NCBI RefSeq assembly: GCF_004010195.1
Contig: NC_057749.1
Coordinates: forward strand, 20,331,182 to 20,395,181
Reading direction: 5' to 3'
DNA from: Chiloscyllium plagiosum
Lineage: Eukaryota
DNA: 64,000 bases
Of this stretch, positions 39,420 to 51,900 are shown one piece after another. Position 1 is the first letter of the stretch; every line of letters starts with the position of its first letter. The notes beneath the pieces are model-generated. The model was not told the origin of the DNA, did not search any database, and saw only the letters and a list, made by a program, of their open reading frames with translations. The translations under genes were made by a program, and so were the position numbers.

Positions 39420-41636
39420 TTCTTGTTCGAATTGGATCATAATGTCCAAGTGAACGGGGATTTATGCACAACAAGATCCTGCTAACAGCAACAGGGCAGC
39501 AACCAATTTTTCAGCAGTTGTAGTTTTAGGGTATTGATGTTGATGTCCCTTCAAGTATTCATAGAATCTTACACATCCACCCGAGAGGCAGGTTGATGTC
39601 GCATTCAAAACATACCTTACTCATTGAACACATACATTGGATCTGTTGTTCAACACAGGGATTATAATTCAATGAGGGAATTGTCTAGCTCAGCATATTT
39701 CCATAGACCTTGCAATTATTGGAAGAATACTAACTCAGGGTGTTGTGATGGTACAGGATAAAGCAGTAAGTTTTGTTCCTTTATCAGCCTATCAGGCATT
39801 TCCCAGCTCAGACGATAGCATCTATCAACAACTCTTGAGAATCCTCTAGTGCTAGTGAGAGCAAAACCTCAACTGTCTCCAGTTGCTCCAGTTCACTTCT
39901 TGGGTAGGAGCAACTCTCTCAGCTGACCCTGAAGAATACCCATGGTTCCAAAGAGATCAATAGGTTTTGGGTAAACATCATGGCAATATGTGATTGCATT
40001 CACTTTAGAAGTGTGGCAGAAATAGAGTGCAGATCAAGCAGTTAGTTTAGAAAAGGAATTTGATAAGGTACATATTAGGGATGACAGCTGGTAAATCAAA
40101 TTGAATATGCAAATTAAAAGATTAAGCTGTAAACATGGGGAAGGCAAAATGCAGTTTATTGGTGGAGTTCGTTATGGCTTTTCTCATTCTTTTATATCGT
40201 CACTTCTTTTCTACCTGCTCTGTCAGCCTTTTCTTATTCACAATCGTGTCCCTTCTCCAGTCCCCAAAATCTTCTGTATTAACCACAAAACCAATCTGGG
40301 ATGGAAATGTGGAAAGCAAGTCAGTACCTGGAATCACTTGCTCAGGTCTCACAAGCTTCTAAATGTGACCTTAACTCTCCCCTAAATGTGGGGAGAGTGA
40401 CATCATGGTGTCAGCCAAAACAGCCTTTCTCCATTCTTGCCTCAATTATGTTATTTGCCTTGAGAGATTGTGGGCATTGACATAAATGTTAATCAGCTTT
40501 TGCGATAATAGAAAATTCCACACTGATGTGTACTCAAGATGAAAATTCCCACCTCTATCCCAAAGAACACCTTCATTATAAGTGACTCTCTTATATTCCT
40601 GATTGCCCCTATAAGCAGGGTTAGTGTTTTATGTTAGCTCTATTGTTCCATTAATGCATGTTAATTCTGCTTCCTCCATTGATCTGTGAAGCTTCTCTGG
40701 GTCTTTGGAACTTCATGAATTGAAGGGATGGAGCATGAAACCCCTGGCAACACATTTCAGACAAATGTTACAAGAATCACAGCATCCAATATTTTTCTGA
40801 AAGATCACCTCTAGAGCCTGTTTCGACCTGCGCTACCTTCTGCATTTTGTCTGCCTCTATTCTCTGTTTCCTCGTTTTGCATTTATTCTTTGGGATTCTC
40901 TGTTGTTTCCTTAAGATTGTGCCCCAAATCTTAGTGTCCTATGCTTGTTGCACATTCCTCTCCCATCTTTCTGACCTTGCAATGACTTTCTCAATCTGGT
41001 GCCCTTGTTACATTATCATAGAAGTGTTGCAGCATAGAGCAAGGTGGGTGTTGACTTGCTTTCCACCTTTTCATCCCAGATTGGTTTTGTGGTTCATATA
41101 TCATAGTTGTAGCATAGAGCAAGGCCATTCAGCCCAATGTGGCCATGCTGATAATGCATAAGAACCGCGTGCCCCCCCGTGTCTTTGGAATCCAGTCAGT
41201 AGGTAAATGAAATTCCTAGTGCTCTGCCACAGTTCAACATTGGTTCAATTCTTGGTTCCTCACTTGCCACCTTTAGGTTTCTCCCACCATAGGTTCAGCC
41301 GTAAAGGCCTCATCTCAAGACATGAGTTCAAACTCTCTACTCTGGGAACAATCTCAGCTGACACTGCACTGTAGTGCTGAGGGAGGGCTGCACTGATGAC
41401 ACTGGTTCAGATGTTTAAACTGAGGCCTGTGAACATACTTGTAATGTCCTAATATGGAAGAGAAGTCCCTCCCAAGATGGGGGGAGAAAGAAGGGTTGGA
41501 GGGTAGAAATTAAACCCTTTCCTTTGGTTGCTAGGACATTGTGTTTCTTACGAAATATGGAACAACAATTTACAAGCGTTCCCACACTGGCAGAAAATCA
41601 AATACAAGTAAACTAAATGCTTCTATTTTCAACTGT

Positions 41637-41642
41637 TTTATT
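41637..41642 (-). promoter_or_regulatory. Candidate polyadenylation signal of the CH25H-like gene
   Basis: AATAAA on the minus strand about 365 nt after the stop codon. Confidence 0.55.
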
Positions 41643-42007
41643 AGATGTCTGATTGTCAGCTTCATATAGATTGAAGGGAATTCTTTGTTTCTTCCGTGGG
41701 TCTCTAACTGGACGCAGTTGCCATTCCTGCTGTAACTTTGAGAAACTGTGGAAACACTGCATACAATCTTACAATCGTGCTTTCTCGCAGCTCCCTGCAC
41801 TGGGCAAAGGATGATACTGAAATGTCCTTTTTTAGGACAGCAATCTACAGGGAAAGCATCAGGCAAGTGTTCACATGCTGTAGCTCCCCCCTCTTTACAG
41901 ATTTTTAATCAACCCATTCAGCGATGTTGGAGCAGATGGGATTTGGCTCCTGGCCTCCTGGTTCAGAGATAAGGACACTACTATGCTCCGCAGGAGCTTT
42001 CCCATCT

Positions 42008-42787
42008 TTAATCTTTGTTGGAAGTCCCAAACACCTGGTCCAGGTGAGTAAAGAAAGGGGCAAAGTTGGTGTTTGGGTTCTGATGATGCAGGTCATGAGC
42101 TGGGGCCCCTCCACATAGTCCCCAAGGGATGATCTTATGGAGGCCCCAGGGCAGGTTGTATCCAGCATGGTCTTCCACAGACATCCAGACACTCAGCAGC
42201 ATGAAGGCCCACGTAGTTAATGGGTGACACTTGAACAGCAGCGGAGTGGTGCTGCTCCAAAACCCAACAGTCAGCAGCTCCCAACCCCCGAGATACTGGG
42301 TTGCCCACGAGAAAGGTGCCACATACTCATGGTGGATGGCATGAAGATTCTTGTATAGCCAGCGACTTTTGTGGTGGAGCAGGTGCCAGCAGTAGTACTG
42401 GAAGTCAAACACCAGCAGACAGCTCAGCACCCCAGTCAGGAATTGGGTGAATGTTGGAGCCCTCACTGGCAGTGGGGCAGATGGGTCCCAAAACCAATTG
42501 ATGGTAACCCCGGGAAGGACATAGAACAGGTGGTTGAAGACTGCCTGACGGAGGCACTGGCCCATCATTTGTAAACTGGGCTGGTTCTTCTGAATCTTAT
42601 ATTTGGATAGCAGCGGCAATCGCTTTCCAATGAGGTCCATGAGAGCGAAGGGGGTGGAGAAGAGGAGGTAGCCAGAGAAAGCCAGAAGAACAGGGAAGGC
42701 TGGAGACGTCACTGTGGCTGTGTGGTGAAGCCGAACATAATCCCAGAGCACCTGGAGAGCAGTGTTGCAGCGATCAATAAAATCCAT
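42008..42787 (-). CDS. Cholesterol 25-hydroxylase-like protein (fatty acid hydroxylase/sterol desaturase family), intronless, 259 aa from the first ATG
   Basis: Intact ORF with three histidine boxes (HLLHH, HAIHH, HDLHH), SVEDHAGY and NFAPFFTHLD..FGT motifs, hydrophobic segments and LQVLWD near the N-terminus, as in the CH25H family; the track start at 42817 is a TTG and the first ATG is at 42787; paralog identity unresolved. Confidence 0.93.
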   Translation of the reverse strand: MDFIDRCNTALQVLWDYVRLHHTATVTSPAFPVLLAFSGYLLFSTPFALMDLIGKRLPLLSKYKIQKNQPSLQMMGQCLRQAVFNHLFYVLPGVTINWFWDPSAPLPVRAPTFTQFLTGVLSCLLVFDFQYYCWHLLHHKSRWLYKNLHAIHHEYVAPFSWATQYLGGWELLTVGFWSSTTPLLFKCHPLTTWAFMLLSVWMSVEDHAGYNLPWGLHKIIPWGLCGGAPAHDLHHQNPNTNFAPFFTHLDQVFGTSNKD

Positions 42788-42912
42788 GTAGCAACTCAAG
42801 TGTGTTGATGGAGCCAAATACTTCCCCTAGTCTCTGCAGGTACTGAGACAGCCTCAATCTTTCTCCACCTCCCCACGGTCACTTTGTGACTGAAGGTTAT
42901 TGCCCACTACTG

Positions 42913-42918
42913 TTTATA
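42913..42918 (-). promoter_or_regulatory. Candidate TATA box of the CH25H-like gene
   Basis: TATAAA on the minus strand about 125 bp upstream of the ATG. Confidence 0.55.
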
Positions 42919-43756
42919 TCATGTGAGCTGAACCAATACTGACCCTTTTCACTTTAATCCACACATACAAAAGTATTTGTTCTAAATACAGGGCCTTCTA
43001 ATTTGTTATCAAGCGTCCAAGAATTTCCTACTGCAGAGCTGGTGAATTCTTGATATGGAATATGGTACAGAGCTAATCTCCACCTAATGCTTAAAGTCCA
43101 CTTTATCCCTTTGACTTGGTAGAGGGCCAAGAACCAAGATAAGCTTCCTTAATAACACTGCAGACTTTGCAGAATTGAAACTTGTTTTTGCAGACATTTT
43201 GAGTCCAGTTTCTTCATTGGTGCCACCTTGAGTGCCTTAACATTAGAGAATCAACTAATAGTAAGTTCAGATAGTTGTGGTTAATGACAAGGTTAAGCTA
43301 ATTGAGACCATTAACAATCATGTTCAATATGTCACCATGAAATGAAGGAGAAGCTGCCAAAAGCATGGTAAAGAGTATTGACCAGATGTTCAAGTTACTT
43401 TCAAGTATTATGCTTTGTTGTTGGGCAACAAAAAAATAACTAATGTTGTTGAATTCACCTTATTAATGTTGCAAATGATGCAACCAATTTTTCCCCCTCC
43501 ATTCCAATTCTAGAAATTTGGTTATGTTACATTCCTGCCGTTTGACTTTGTACTTGGGCTAAGTCTAATATCAGTTGTCAGGAAGATTACTAGAGCTTGT
43601 ACCAATTGTAATCGACCAGGTGAGATTCTGTAATTGGGTGTCACTTGCTCAACAATCCTGTGTGTGCCAAGAATTATCAGTCAGGGTCACATACATTTAT
43701 ACTCACTGAGCGGGTAGGAGTTTGTGGAGATGGGGCCCTGTCCTCTGCAAAGGGGA

Positions 43757-43956
43757 GCTGGAAATGTGTTGCTGGAAAAGCGCAGCAGGTCAGGCAGCAT
43801 CCAGGGAACAGGAGAATCGACGTTTCGGGCATAAGCCCTTCTTCAGGAATGCCCGAAACGTCGATTCTCCTGTTCCCTGGATGCTGCCTGACCTGTTGCG
43901 CTTTTCCAGCAACACATTTCCAGCTCTGATCTCCAGCATCTGCAGTCCTCACTTTC
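43757..43956. mobile_element. Young palindromic family A mini-element with intact hammerhead core on the minus strand
   Basis: About 78-bp inverted arms (43755-43832 / 43849-43926) with one mismatch; 16-bp TSD TCCTCTGCAAAGGGGA at 43741-43756 and 43957-43972. Confidence 0.9.
43815..43850 (-). ncRNA. Minimal type I hammerhead ribozyme motif
   Basis: Minus strand AUUC-CUGAAGA-A-GGGC-UUAU-GCCC-GAAA-CGUC-GAUU; all conserved core nucleotides present; stem I weak; activity untested. Confidence 0.65.
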
Positions 43957-44121
43957 TCCTCTGCAAAGGGGAAGCATGTATGTTAATGTTCTGCCTTTTT
44001 CAGTTGAAAAAAAGCTGAAAGAGCACTGTTTCATGGTGTAGACTCCAAAGCAATGTATTGACCGAGCAGGATCCACTTGTTAGCTAATCAGTCCCCTTTT
44101 TCTCAAACAATACAAGTTGTT

Positions 44122-44250
44122 AAAACTCAAAAGAACTGCGGATGCTTTAAATCAGAAACAAAAACAAATTGCTGAAAAAGCTCAGCATGTCTGGCAGCAT
44201 CTGTGCAGAGAAATCAGAGTTAATGTTTCAGGTCAAGTGACCCTTCCTCA
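44122..44250 (-). mobile_element. Family C mini-element, truncated at the hammerhead
   Basis: Minus strand TGAGGA-A-GGGTC-ACTT-GACCT-GAAA-CATT-AACTCTG followed by the family tail. Confidence 0.65.
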
Positions 44251-44454
44251 CAACCTTATAAATTGTTGCCTTTCAAATGTGGGGTTCTTGCATTCGTCCT
44301 GCTGAGTGAGAAATAAAGAGCTTTGGAGCTTATTGTCTTTTAACCATAAAATCTATATCAATGTACGAGGATACTATATCGATATCCTAGTTTAAAATTA
44401 CATCCATGACACACTATCCAGTTCTGGACACATGCTTCGAAAAGCAACCCATCC

Positions 44455-44661
44455 ACCCTTGACTAATGCACCTAACACTGGGCAATTTAGCATGGCCAAT
44501 TCACCTAACCTGCACATTTTTGGATTGTGGGAGGAAACTGGAGCAAACCCACGCAGACACGGGGAGAATGTGCAAACTCCACACAGTCACCCAAAGTGGG
44601 AATCGAACCCGCGTCCCTGGTGCTGTGAGGCAGCAGTGCTAACCACTGAGCCACCGTGCCA
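44455..44661 (-). mobile_element. HE1/V-SINE-like SINE
   Basis: Reverse complement of the 39113 family including A and B boxes. Confidence 0.88.
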
Positions 44662-45424
44662 TTATGGTTGTATTATGTAGAATTTAGATATTAAGGGAAA
44701 CTGTAAACAGACACAAAAATTCCACTGATTGGAGGTCTTGGACTAGGGTGTCATAGCCTATAAAGTAAAAATAGTCTGTAATGTAAAAAGACCTTCCATG
44801 AAAAACCAGGTCTTCACACAAGATTGAAACTGTCTCCCACAACTTGCAATTGATGTTAGGTCAAGTGTTAATTTTAAATCGGAGATGGATAGATTTCCAT
44901 TAACCCAGGGCCTTGAGGGGTATGAGACAACAGGTGTGTCCATGACATTGGATTGAACATCAGCTGTGCCCAATGTTTTGTCTAAGCTGTTGACGCATTG
45001 ACTTCTAGTTTCTCCAGCTGTCCTCATGCATGCAGCTTGGTGATCCGCACAGTGGCTGGCGAGATTGGAAGGAATGTAGGAATGAGGCAACAAGACTTGA
45101 GGGGCTGAATGGTCACCTTGGTGGTGAGAAGTTTTGGGGATTTGCAACAGAATTGATTGTAATATGGTAGCGCTTGATGAACACATCCCTTCATACCAGC
45201 TATTTAATAACCCATGTACTGAGACAATCAAGTCGGAATGCTTTCTTTGGCTGGGAATTGAACAATTTGGTCCCTTTTTGTGTGCTTTGAGGGGATACAA
45301 TCAGAATTTCACCCTATGACAATATCCTTGAATGCAGTGCCCTTGGATGACCTTGTATATACCTGGACATTTACGATTAACCAATAGTAGTGGGAGAAAT
45401 GCTAGTATCCTCTCAGTCTAAATG

Positions 45425-47245
45425 ACACACCATTACAGCCTTGTGATAATCTTCACCAAGCACTTCGGTGAAAGTGACCACAATTCAGTTATGTTTACTT
45501 TAGCGATGGAATACACCACAGGCCAAGAGTTATAGCTATGGGAAAGGCAATTATGGTGTAATTAGGCAAGATTTTGGGCGCATAGGATGGGGAAGGAAAC
45601 TTCAGGGGATGGGCACAATGAAAGGTGGAGCTTGTCCAAAAAACAGTTACTTGATAAGTATGTACCTGTCAGGTAGGAAGGAAGTGGTCAAGTGAGGGAG
45701 CTGTGGTTTACTAAAAAACGTTGAATCTCTTCTCAAGAGGAGGAAGAAGGATGAGACATGAAGGCTCAGTTAGGATGCTTGAGAGTTACAAGTTAGCCAG
45801 GAAAGACCTAAAAAGAGAGCTAAGAGGAGCCAGGAGGGGACATGAAAAATTGTTGGCAGGTAGGATCAAGGAAAACCTAAATATATAACCCTATTGGTAT
45901 ATCAGGATTAAAAGAATGACTGGTGTAAGATGAGGGCCAATCAAGGAAGTAGTGGGTAGTTGTGTGTGGACTCCGAGGAGATAGGAGAAGTGCTAAATAA
46001 ATATTTTTTGTCAGTATTCACACTAGAAAAAGACAATGTTGTCATAGAGAATACTGAGATACAGGCTACTAGACTGGATTGAGGTTCACGAGGAGGAGGT
46101 GTTAAGCAATTCTAGAAAGTGTGAAAATAGGTAAGTCCCCTAGGCCAGATGGGATTTATCCAGGGATTCTCTGGGAAGCCAGGGAGGAGATTGCAGAGCC
46201 TTTGGCTTTGATCTTTGTCATCATTGTCTACAGGAATAGTGCCAGAAGTCTGGAGGATAGCAAATGTTGTTCCCTTGTTCATGAAGGGGAGTAGAGACAA
46301 CCCTGGTAATTATAGACCAGTGAGCCTTATTTCGGTTGTGGATAAAGTGTTGGAAAAGAATAGAAGAGTTAGGATTTATAATCAACTAGAAAGGAATAAG
46401 TTGATTAGGGATAGTCAACAGTTTTGTGAAGGAGGTCATGCCTCACAAACCTCCTTGAGTTCTTTGAGAAGGTGACCAAACAGGTGGCTGAGGGTAAAGT
46501 GGTTGATATGGTGCATATGGATTTCAGTAAGGCTCCCCAGGGTAGGCTATTGTGCAAGATACAGAGGAATGGGATTGAGGGTGATTTAGCAGTTTGGATC
46601 AGAAATTGGCTAGCTGAAAGAAGGTAGAGGGTGGTGGTTGATGAGAAATGTTCATCTTGGAGTTCAATTACTAGTGGTGTACTGCAAGGATCTGCTTTGG
46701 GTTCACTCCTGTTTGTCATGTTTATAAATGACCTGGATGAGTGCGTAGAAGGATGGGTTAATAAATTTGTGGATGACACTAAGGTCAGTGGAGTTGTGGA
46801 TAGTGCGGAAGGATGCTGCAGGTTACAGAGGAACATAGATAAGCTGTAGAGCTGGGCTGAGAGGTGGCAAATGGAGTTTAACGCAAAAAAGTGAGAGATG
46901 ATTCACTTTGGAAGGAGTAATATGAATAAAGAGTATTGGGGCTAATCGTAAAATTCTTGGTAGTGCAGGTGAGCAGAGAGATCTGTGTCCATGTACATAG
47001 TTCCTTGAAAGTTGACACCCAGGTTGATAGGGTTTTTAAGAAGGCATACAGTGTGTTCGAGGGATTGAGTTTCAGAGCCATGAGGTCAAGTTGTAGCTGT
47101 ACAAAACTCTGGTGCAGCCGCACTTGGAGTATTGTGTATAGTTCTGGTAACCACATCATAGGACTGATGTGGAAGCTTTGGAAAGGGTTCAGAGGAGATT
47201 TACTAGGATGTTGCCTGGTATGGAGGGAAGATCTTATGAGTGAAG
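45425..47245 (+). mobile_element. CR1 LINE, decayed ORF2
   Basis: WRIANVVPLFMKG..DNPGNYRPVSL, SGVLQGSALGSLLFVMFINDLD, KFVDDTK. Confidence 0.93.
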
Positions 47246-47950
47246 GTCATAGGTTATTTGTAATAAGTATATTATAAGTTATATTGAGTCAGTGGGTTTA
47301 AGACTTGGTAATACAGGGTCTTGAGACATCATTAAATGTATAACTGGTGTATATTCGCTCAGCAATTTTCCCTTTCCTCTTTTCCTGACTCTCAATTCTT
47401 GCTGGTCCGCATGCATCTCCAGGATCTTCAAGAAGTCCTGCCATTCCTGAGAACCATGGACCAAACCTATGTCTCGGTGCTGAAGACGACATTAAAGTGA
47501 CTCGAATCCTATGAGCTTCCTGACAGGTAACTACAAGCACAGATGCTGTAGATCAGGAGAGTGTTGTCAATGCAACATTTTTCCAAGAATCAGGCACTAC
47601 ATCTATAAGAGCATAAAAACAAAAGTGAAAGGAGCAGGACTAGGCCACTGGCCCTATGATCTTAACACACCCGTAATGGCTGATTTAATTGTATCTTTAA
47701 TCCCACTTTCTTGTCTGTTCCCCCAAAACCCTCAACTTTGTCCAACTCAACCTTGAACGTTTTCAATCACATGGAAGATAGAATTCCATACACTCTGGGA
47801 GAAGAAACCTCATCTTATATGGGACATGCCTTGTCTTAAAACTCTGCCTCCCACCTTCTAGACTTCCATTACAGGAAACGTTCTTGCCATGTCACCTTTC
47901 TGAATCTTAAACAGATTAATAAGAATGTCCCTCAAACTTTCTAAATTACA

Positions 47951-48055
47951 TGATGTGGAGGAGCCGGTGTTGGACTGGGGTGGATAAAGTTAAAAAAAAA
48001 ACTCTCAATACCAGGTTATAGACCAACAGGAACCTGGTGTTGTGTGATTTTTAAC
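47951..48055. mobile_element. Short palindromic derivative of the Penelope-like terminal repeat (family B)
   Basis: Matches the reverse complement of 22830-22905; internal inversion; TSD TTCTAAATTACA at 47939-47950 and 48056-48067. Confidence 0.75.
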
Positions 48056-48445
48056 TTCTAAATTACAAATCACATCGGCCTAATGTTTCTTCATAAAACC
48101 ACTCCCTCCATCCCAGCTGCACCAAATTTCTCTGAACTGCTTCTAAACGCAATATATTCCTCTAAATGATAAAACATGTAACATTCCAACATGTATTAAG
48201 ATGCAGTTCAGGTTTAAAAAAGGATACATATTTTGTTACATTAAGCAATTTTCTATTCTAATGTAACAGCTTTCAAGTTTATAATTTCAAACACTACCCA
48301 GGGACCATAAATGTTCAAGTGCCATATTTTAGTGTCAATCAACAGCAAGAATTCAGTTCAGCAGGTAGTAAGGAAGGCAAATGGACTGCTGCTCTTTATG
48401 ACAAAAGGGATGGAGTCTAAAAATTGCTAAAACTATACAAGGCAC

Positions 48446-48509
48446 TAGAGTCAAGATTAGAGTGGTGCTGGAAATGCACAGCATTGGAGGCTGCAGTCCT
48501 CACTTTCGC
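48446..48509 (+). mobile_element. Collapsed family A mini-element (centre deleted) inside a CR1
   Basis: Begins like the left arm of the 9525 copy and ends like its tail; TSD CTATACAAGGCAC at 48433-48445 and 48510-48522. Confidence 0.8.
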
Positions 48510-48653
48510 CTATACAAGGCACAAGTCAGACAACAGTTGGAATATTGTGAACAGTTTTGATCCCTTATCTAAGGAAATATATGCTGGCATTGGAGGCAGT
48601 CCAGAGATAGTTCACTTGTTTGATGCTGGGTGAGGTTGAGTCGTTTGGGCCTG

Positions 48654-48930
48654 AGGGTGGCACAGTAGCTCAGTGGTTAACACTGCTGCCTCACAGTGCC
48701 AAGGACATGGGTTCAATTCCAGCACACATGGAGTTTGCACATTCTCCCCATGTCTGCATGCGTTTCCTTCCAAAGGTGTGCAGGTTAGATAGTTTGGCTA
48801 TGCAAAGTTTTCCAGCGTTCAGGGATATGCAGACTAGGTGGATTAACCATGGGAAATACAGGTTTATAGGGACAGTGGGGGGAGGTTGTGGGTTGTATCA
48901 GGACACTGCTCTTTGGACACAGTGTGGAGT
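48654..48930 (+). mobile_element. HE1/V-SINE-like SINE nested in a CR1
   Basis: TAGCTCAGTGGTTAACACTGCTGCCTCACAG head, GGTTCAATTCC B box. Confidence 0.8.
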
Positions 48931-51900
48931 TGACACACTGCAGGGATTTGATGTACTCATGGGAGTTTCGAAGAATGAAAGGTGACCTTACTGAAACGTA
49001 CAAGACGCTTAGAGGGTTTGAAATGGCTAGATGTGGAAAGGTTGTTTCCCTTTGTGGGAGAGTCTATTTATACAGATGAGGAGGAATACCTTCTCTCAGA
49101 AGGTAGTGAACCTGTGGAATTCTTAGCCACAGAAGGTTTGGAAGCTGTATTCTTAAGTATGTTCAAGGCTGAGACAGACATGTTTTAATCAGGAAAGCAG
49201 TAGGGTTATGGAGATAAGGCAGGAAAGTGGAGTTGGCAGACCAGAGTTGTTTAATGCAACATAAAATTAACTGTTGGCACAGATATTGAAAAGTTTAATT
49301 CTTGCATTTGCTGACTGGATAATTCAGGGATTTTTAGAGCTGTTTACTCCAGATTCTTTCTTGGTTCCAAAGAAATTATTTCTGATTAAAGCATTTAGGT
49401 CTTAAAATCTTCACTTGGCAAACTGCGTTTTGCCAGCTCACGTCCCTGATTCAGGCTTTATGAGGCACAGTTTGGTTCCAATCCTTATTTGTCTCAGAGC
49501 AATAGTGGAATAAATAATTAATAAAATATGCACTAAACCTGTTGGAATCTACACAAAGTTACACTGTTGAGCATCCTCCAGTTCTGTTTAATTATTCACA
49601 AACTCAATGCCCCTCCATGCCAAATGTCATCATCTGGTGGAAATGCAAGACACTCAATTCTGGCTTCAGGTCTGTTCTAAGGTCCCTTCTATGTCCTCTC
49701 CAACTGCAACACATCTGTGAAATCCACTTTCAGGTCTGGAATCTGATACTTTGTCATCTTTTTTGCTCACTGTCTTTGCAAATGGCTTTCACTCTTTCAA
49801 AACGCCCATTATCACCCTTCTGTTTAAAAAAAACACAAATGAAATCACTGTCTGTTTTCTAACCTCACCAATGTGTGAATTAAGTATGAATCTCTCCAAT
49901 CGGGTCTTAAAATTTCCCAATGCATCCTAACAGGCTTAATCAAAGTTAGGCATCACACCCTCTGACTGACTTTGCTGTGCTATTCCCCCAAACTCCCAAC
50001 TATACCATCCTCATTCAACACACCTATTCATTTGCTTTTTCCAACTTAGCCACAATATGTCCAGCAATGGCTTCTCTCTCTCATCCCCTCAACTATGTAG
50101 TCATTTGGTAGTGTGGAATTTAAATATTGCTGAAAAAGACATTGTTAAAGCTTTTCACTTACATTGAATCTCTACAGGATTATCCTAAGGAGTAAAATGT
50201 TGTACTCCTTAGGATAACTCTGCTGTTCCACATCTGTATGCTACCTCTCAGTCCATTCATCATCCACTCAGCAAATGAGCCAGACTTAGCTTAGGTTCAG
50301 CATTGAGAAGATTCACCTTTGGCCCCAAGCTCCATGTCTTCAGCATCTGTGTAAGGATCCTATCACCTGCATGGTTCAGGTTAAACATTATTGTTTATAA
50401 TCTTGGAAACTCAAAGTGATTCTGCGCTGAGCTGACCCACAACCTTCGGTGACCAGTGTGTTAATAACTGATCTCCCACTGATTCCTTCCATAAGCTTCA
50501 GTTTGTTCAAAACTGCTGCCACTTTCAACTAATTCCTATTCATCCTCGTCCAACTCACCTCGATATTAAAATTTATGACCCTATGTGGTCTGACTGCTCC
50601 TTAGTGCTGTATCCTCCTCCAGTTCTAAGCTCCGGCTCATCCATGTCAGCTCCTTTGACAATCTCAACATATTCTAGGATTCTTAGGTCCTTCAAGATAC
50701 TCTCCTCGAAACCCACTTTCTTTTAAAGCAAAGATTTAGTAAGCACTACTATCATTTGCCGTACCAACTAAAGTTGCACACTAGCTTTTTAATTCCAGAT
50801 TTTACTGAATTCAAATTCCACCATCTGCTATGGTGGGATCTGAACCCAGTTCCTGGAATATTATCTAAATATCCGGATGAATAGCGACACTACTAGGCCC
50901 TAAAATACTTCAGAGTAGAACACCACAGGAAACCATGTGGCCTATTATCAAGGTCTGACAGTAGACTATTCAGCCTATTGTGCATTCCACTGTTCAGTGA
51001 GATTAATGTTGATCTTCTACCTCCGATGTAATTTTTCCACATTATCCCCTTATCCCTTTGTCAGTTTCCAGAAATCTATTGATTTCTGTCCTGAGGTTGC
51101 TCAATGATTGAGTTTCCACAGATGCGCCGCCCTCCAGGTAACAAACTTCAGCTTGATCTCGGCCTTACTCTCAGGACAGAACATTTATAGTGCCCGGATT
51201 CTGGAATTGCCGGCTGAGGGAATATTCTAAGTCACACCCACCCTGTCAGTTTTGATTAAATCATCTCTCATTCGTTGAAATTTTGGGGAATGTGGACACA
51301 GTCAATACAATCTCTCCTCATAAAACAATGCCAGGGATTAATCTGGAAACCTCCACTGCATTTCCTCTATGACAAATGTGGCTTGAAATGAATGCCATTG
51401 TACTGTTTACTGCACCTGCATTCAGTGACCATGGACAAGGAACTCTCAACCCTTTAGGAACACATTATTAGCACTGTTACCATTTAAGAAATATTCTGTT
51501 TCTAGAACTTCAGATTCTTTCACATCATAACCAGTTACCTTTTCAGCTTGAAGATATTCCAGTTTCCTTCCTTGTGGGTACGTGAAGTGCAGCTGGTGAT
51601 GGCCGTATCCAGTGGACAGCTATTGGTTCCATATTGCCCCAAGAATAACAAAACTACCTAGCACACTTCTTGATAAGTTAAGCTACAAATCAAAACTTGT
51701 GACAAAGTGGCTTGTTGAAATCTGTAGATGTTCTTGGATTCTGACGCAAAGCAATGAGAGTAAGTTTACCTTCCTTCCTTGGGCATATGTTGCTCTCATT
51801 CAGAATGGAGACAAATCCAGGAGTACTTGAACTTTCATCGCATGTGGTACTGTGGGATGTGAATCATGTTTGAGCATGCCACAATTCAGATAATGGATGT

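Larger units (their letters stand above)
48350..49235 (+). mobile_element. CR1 LINE 3' part with nested insertions
   Basis: LLKLYKAL, KGDLTETYKTLRG peptides. Confidence 0.75.

Noticed and set aside
42788..42817. N-terminal extension MAPSTHLSCY of the CH25H-like ORF
   Set aside because: Starts at TTG; the eukaryotic start is more likely the ATG at 42787
43645..44076. Overlapping ORFs with identical peptides on both strands
   Set aside because: A by-product of the palindromic element, not protein coding
44758..45300. 180-aa ORF on the minus strand
   Set aside because: Overlaps an old CR1 3' end on the opposite strand and has no recognisable domain
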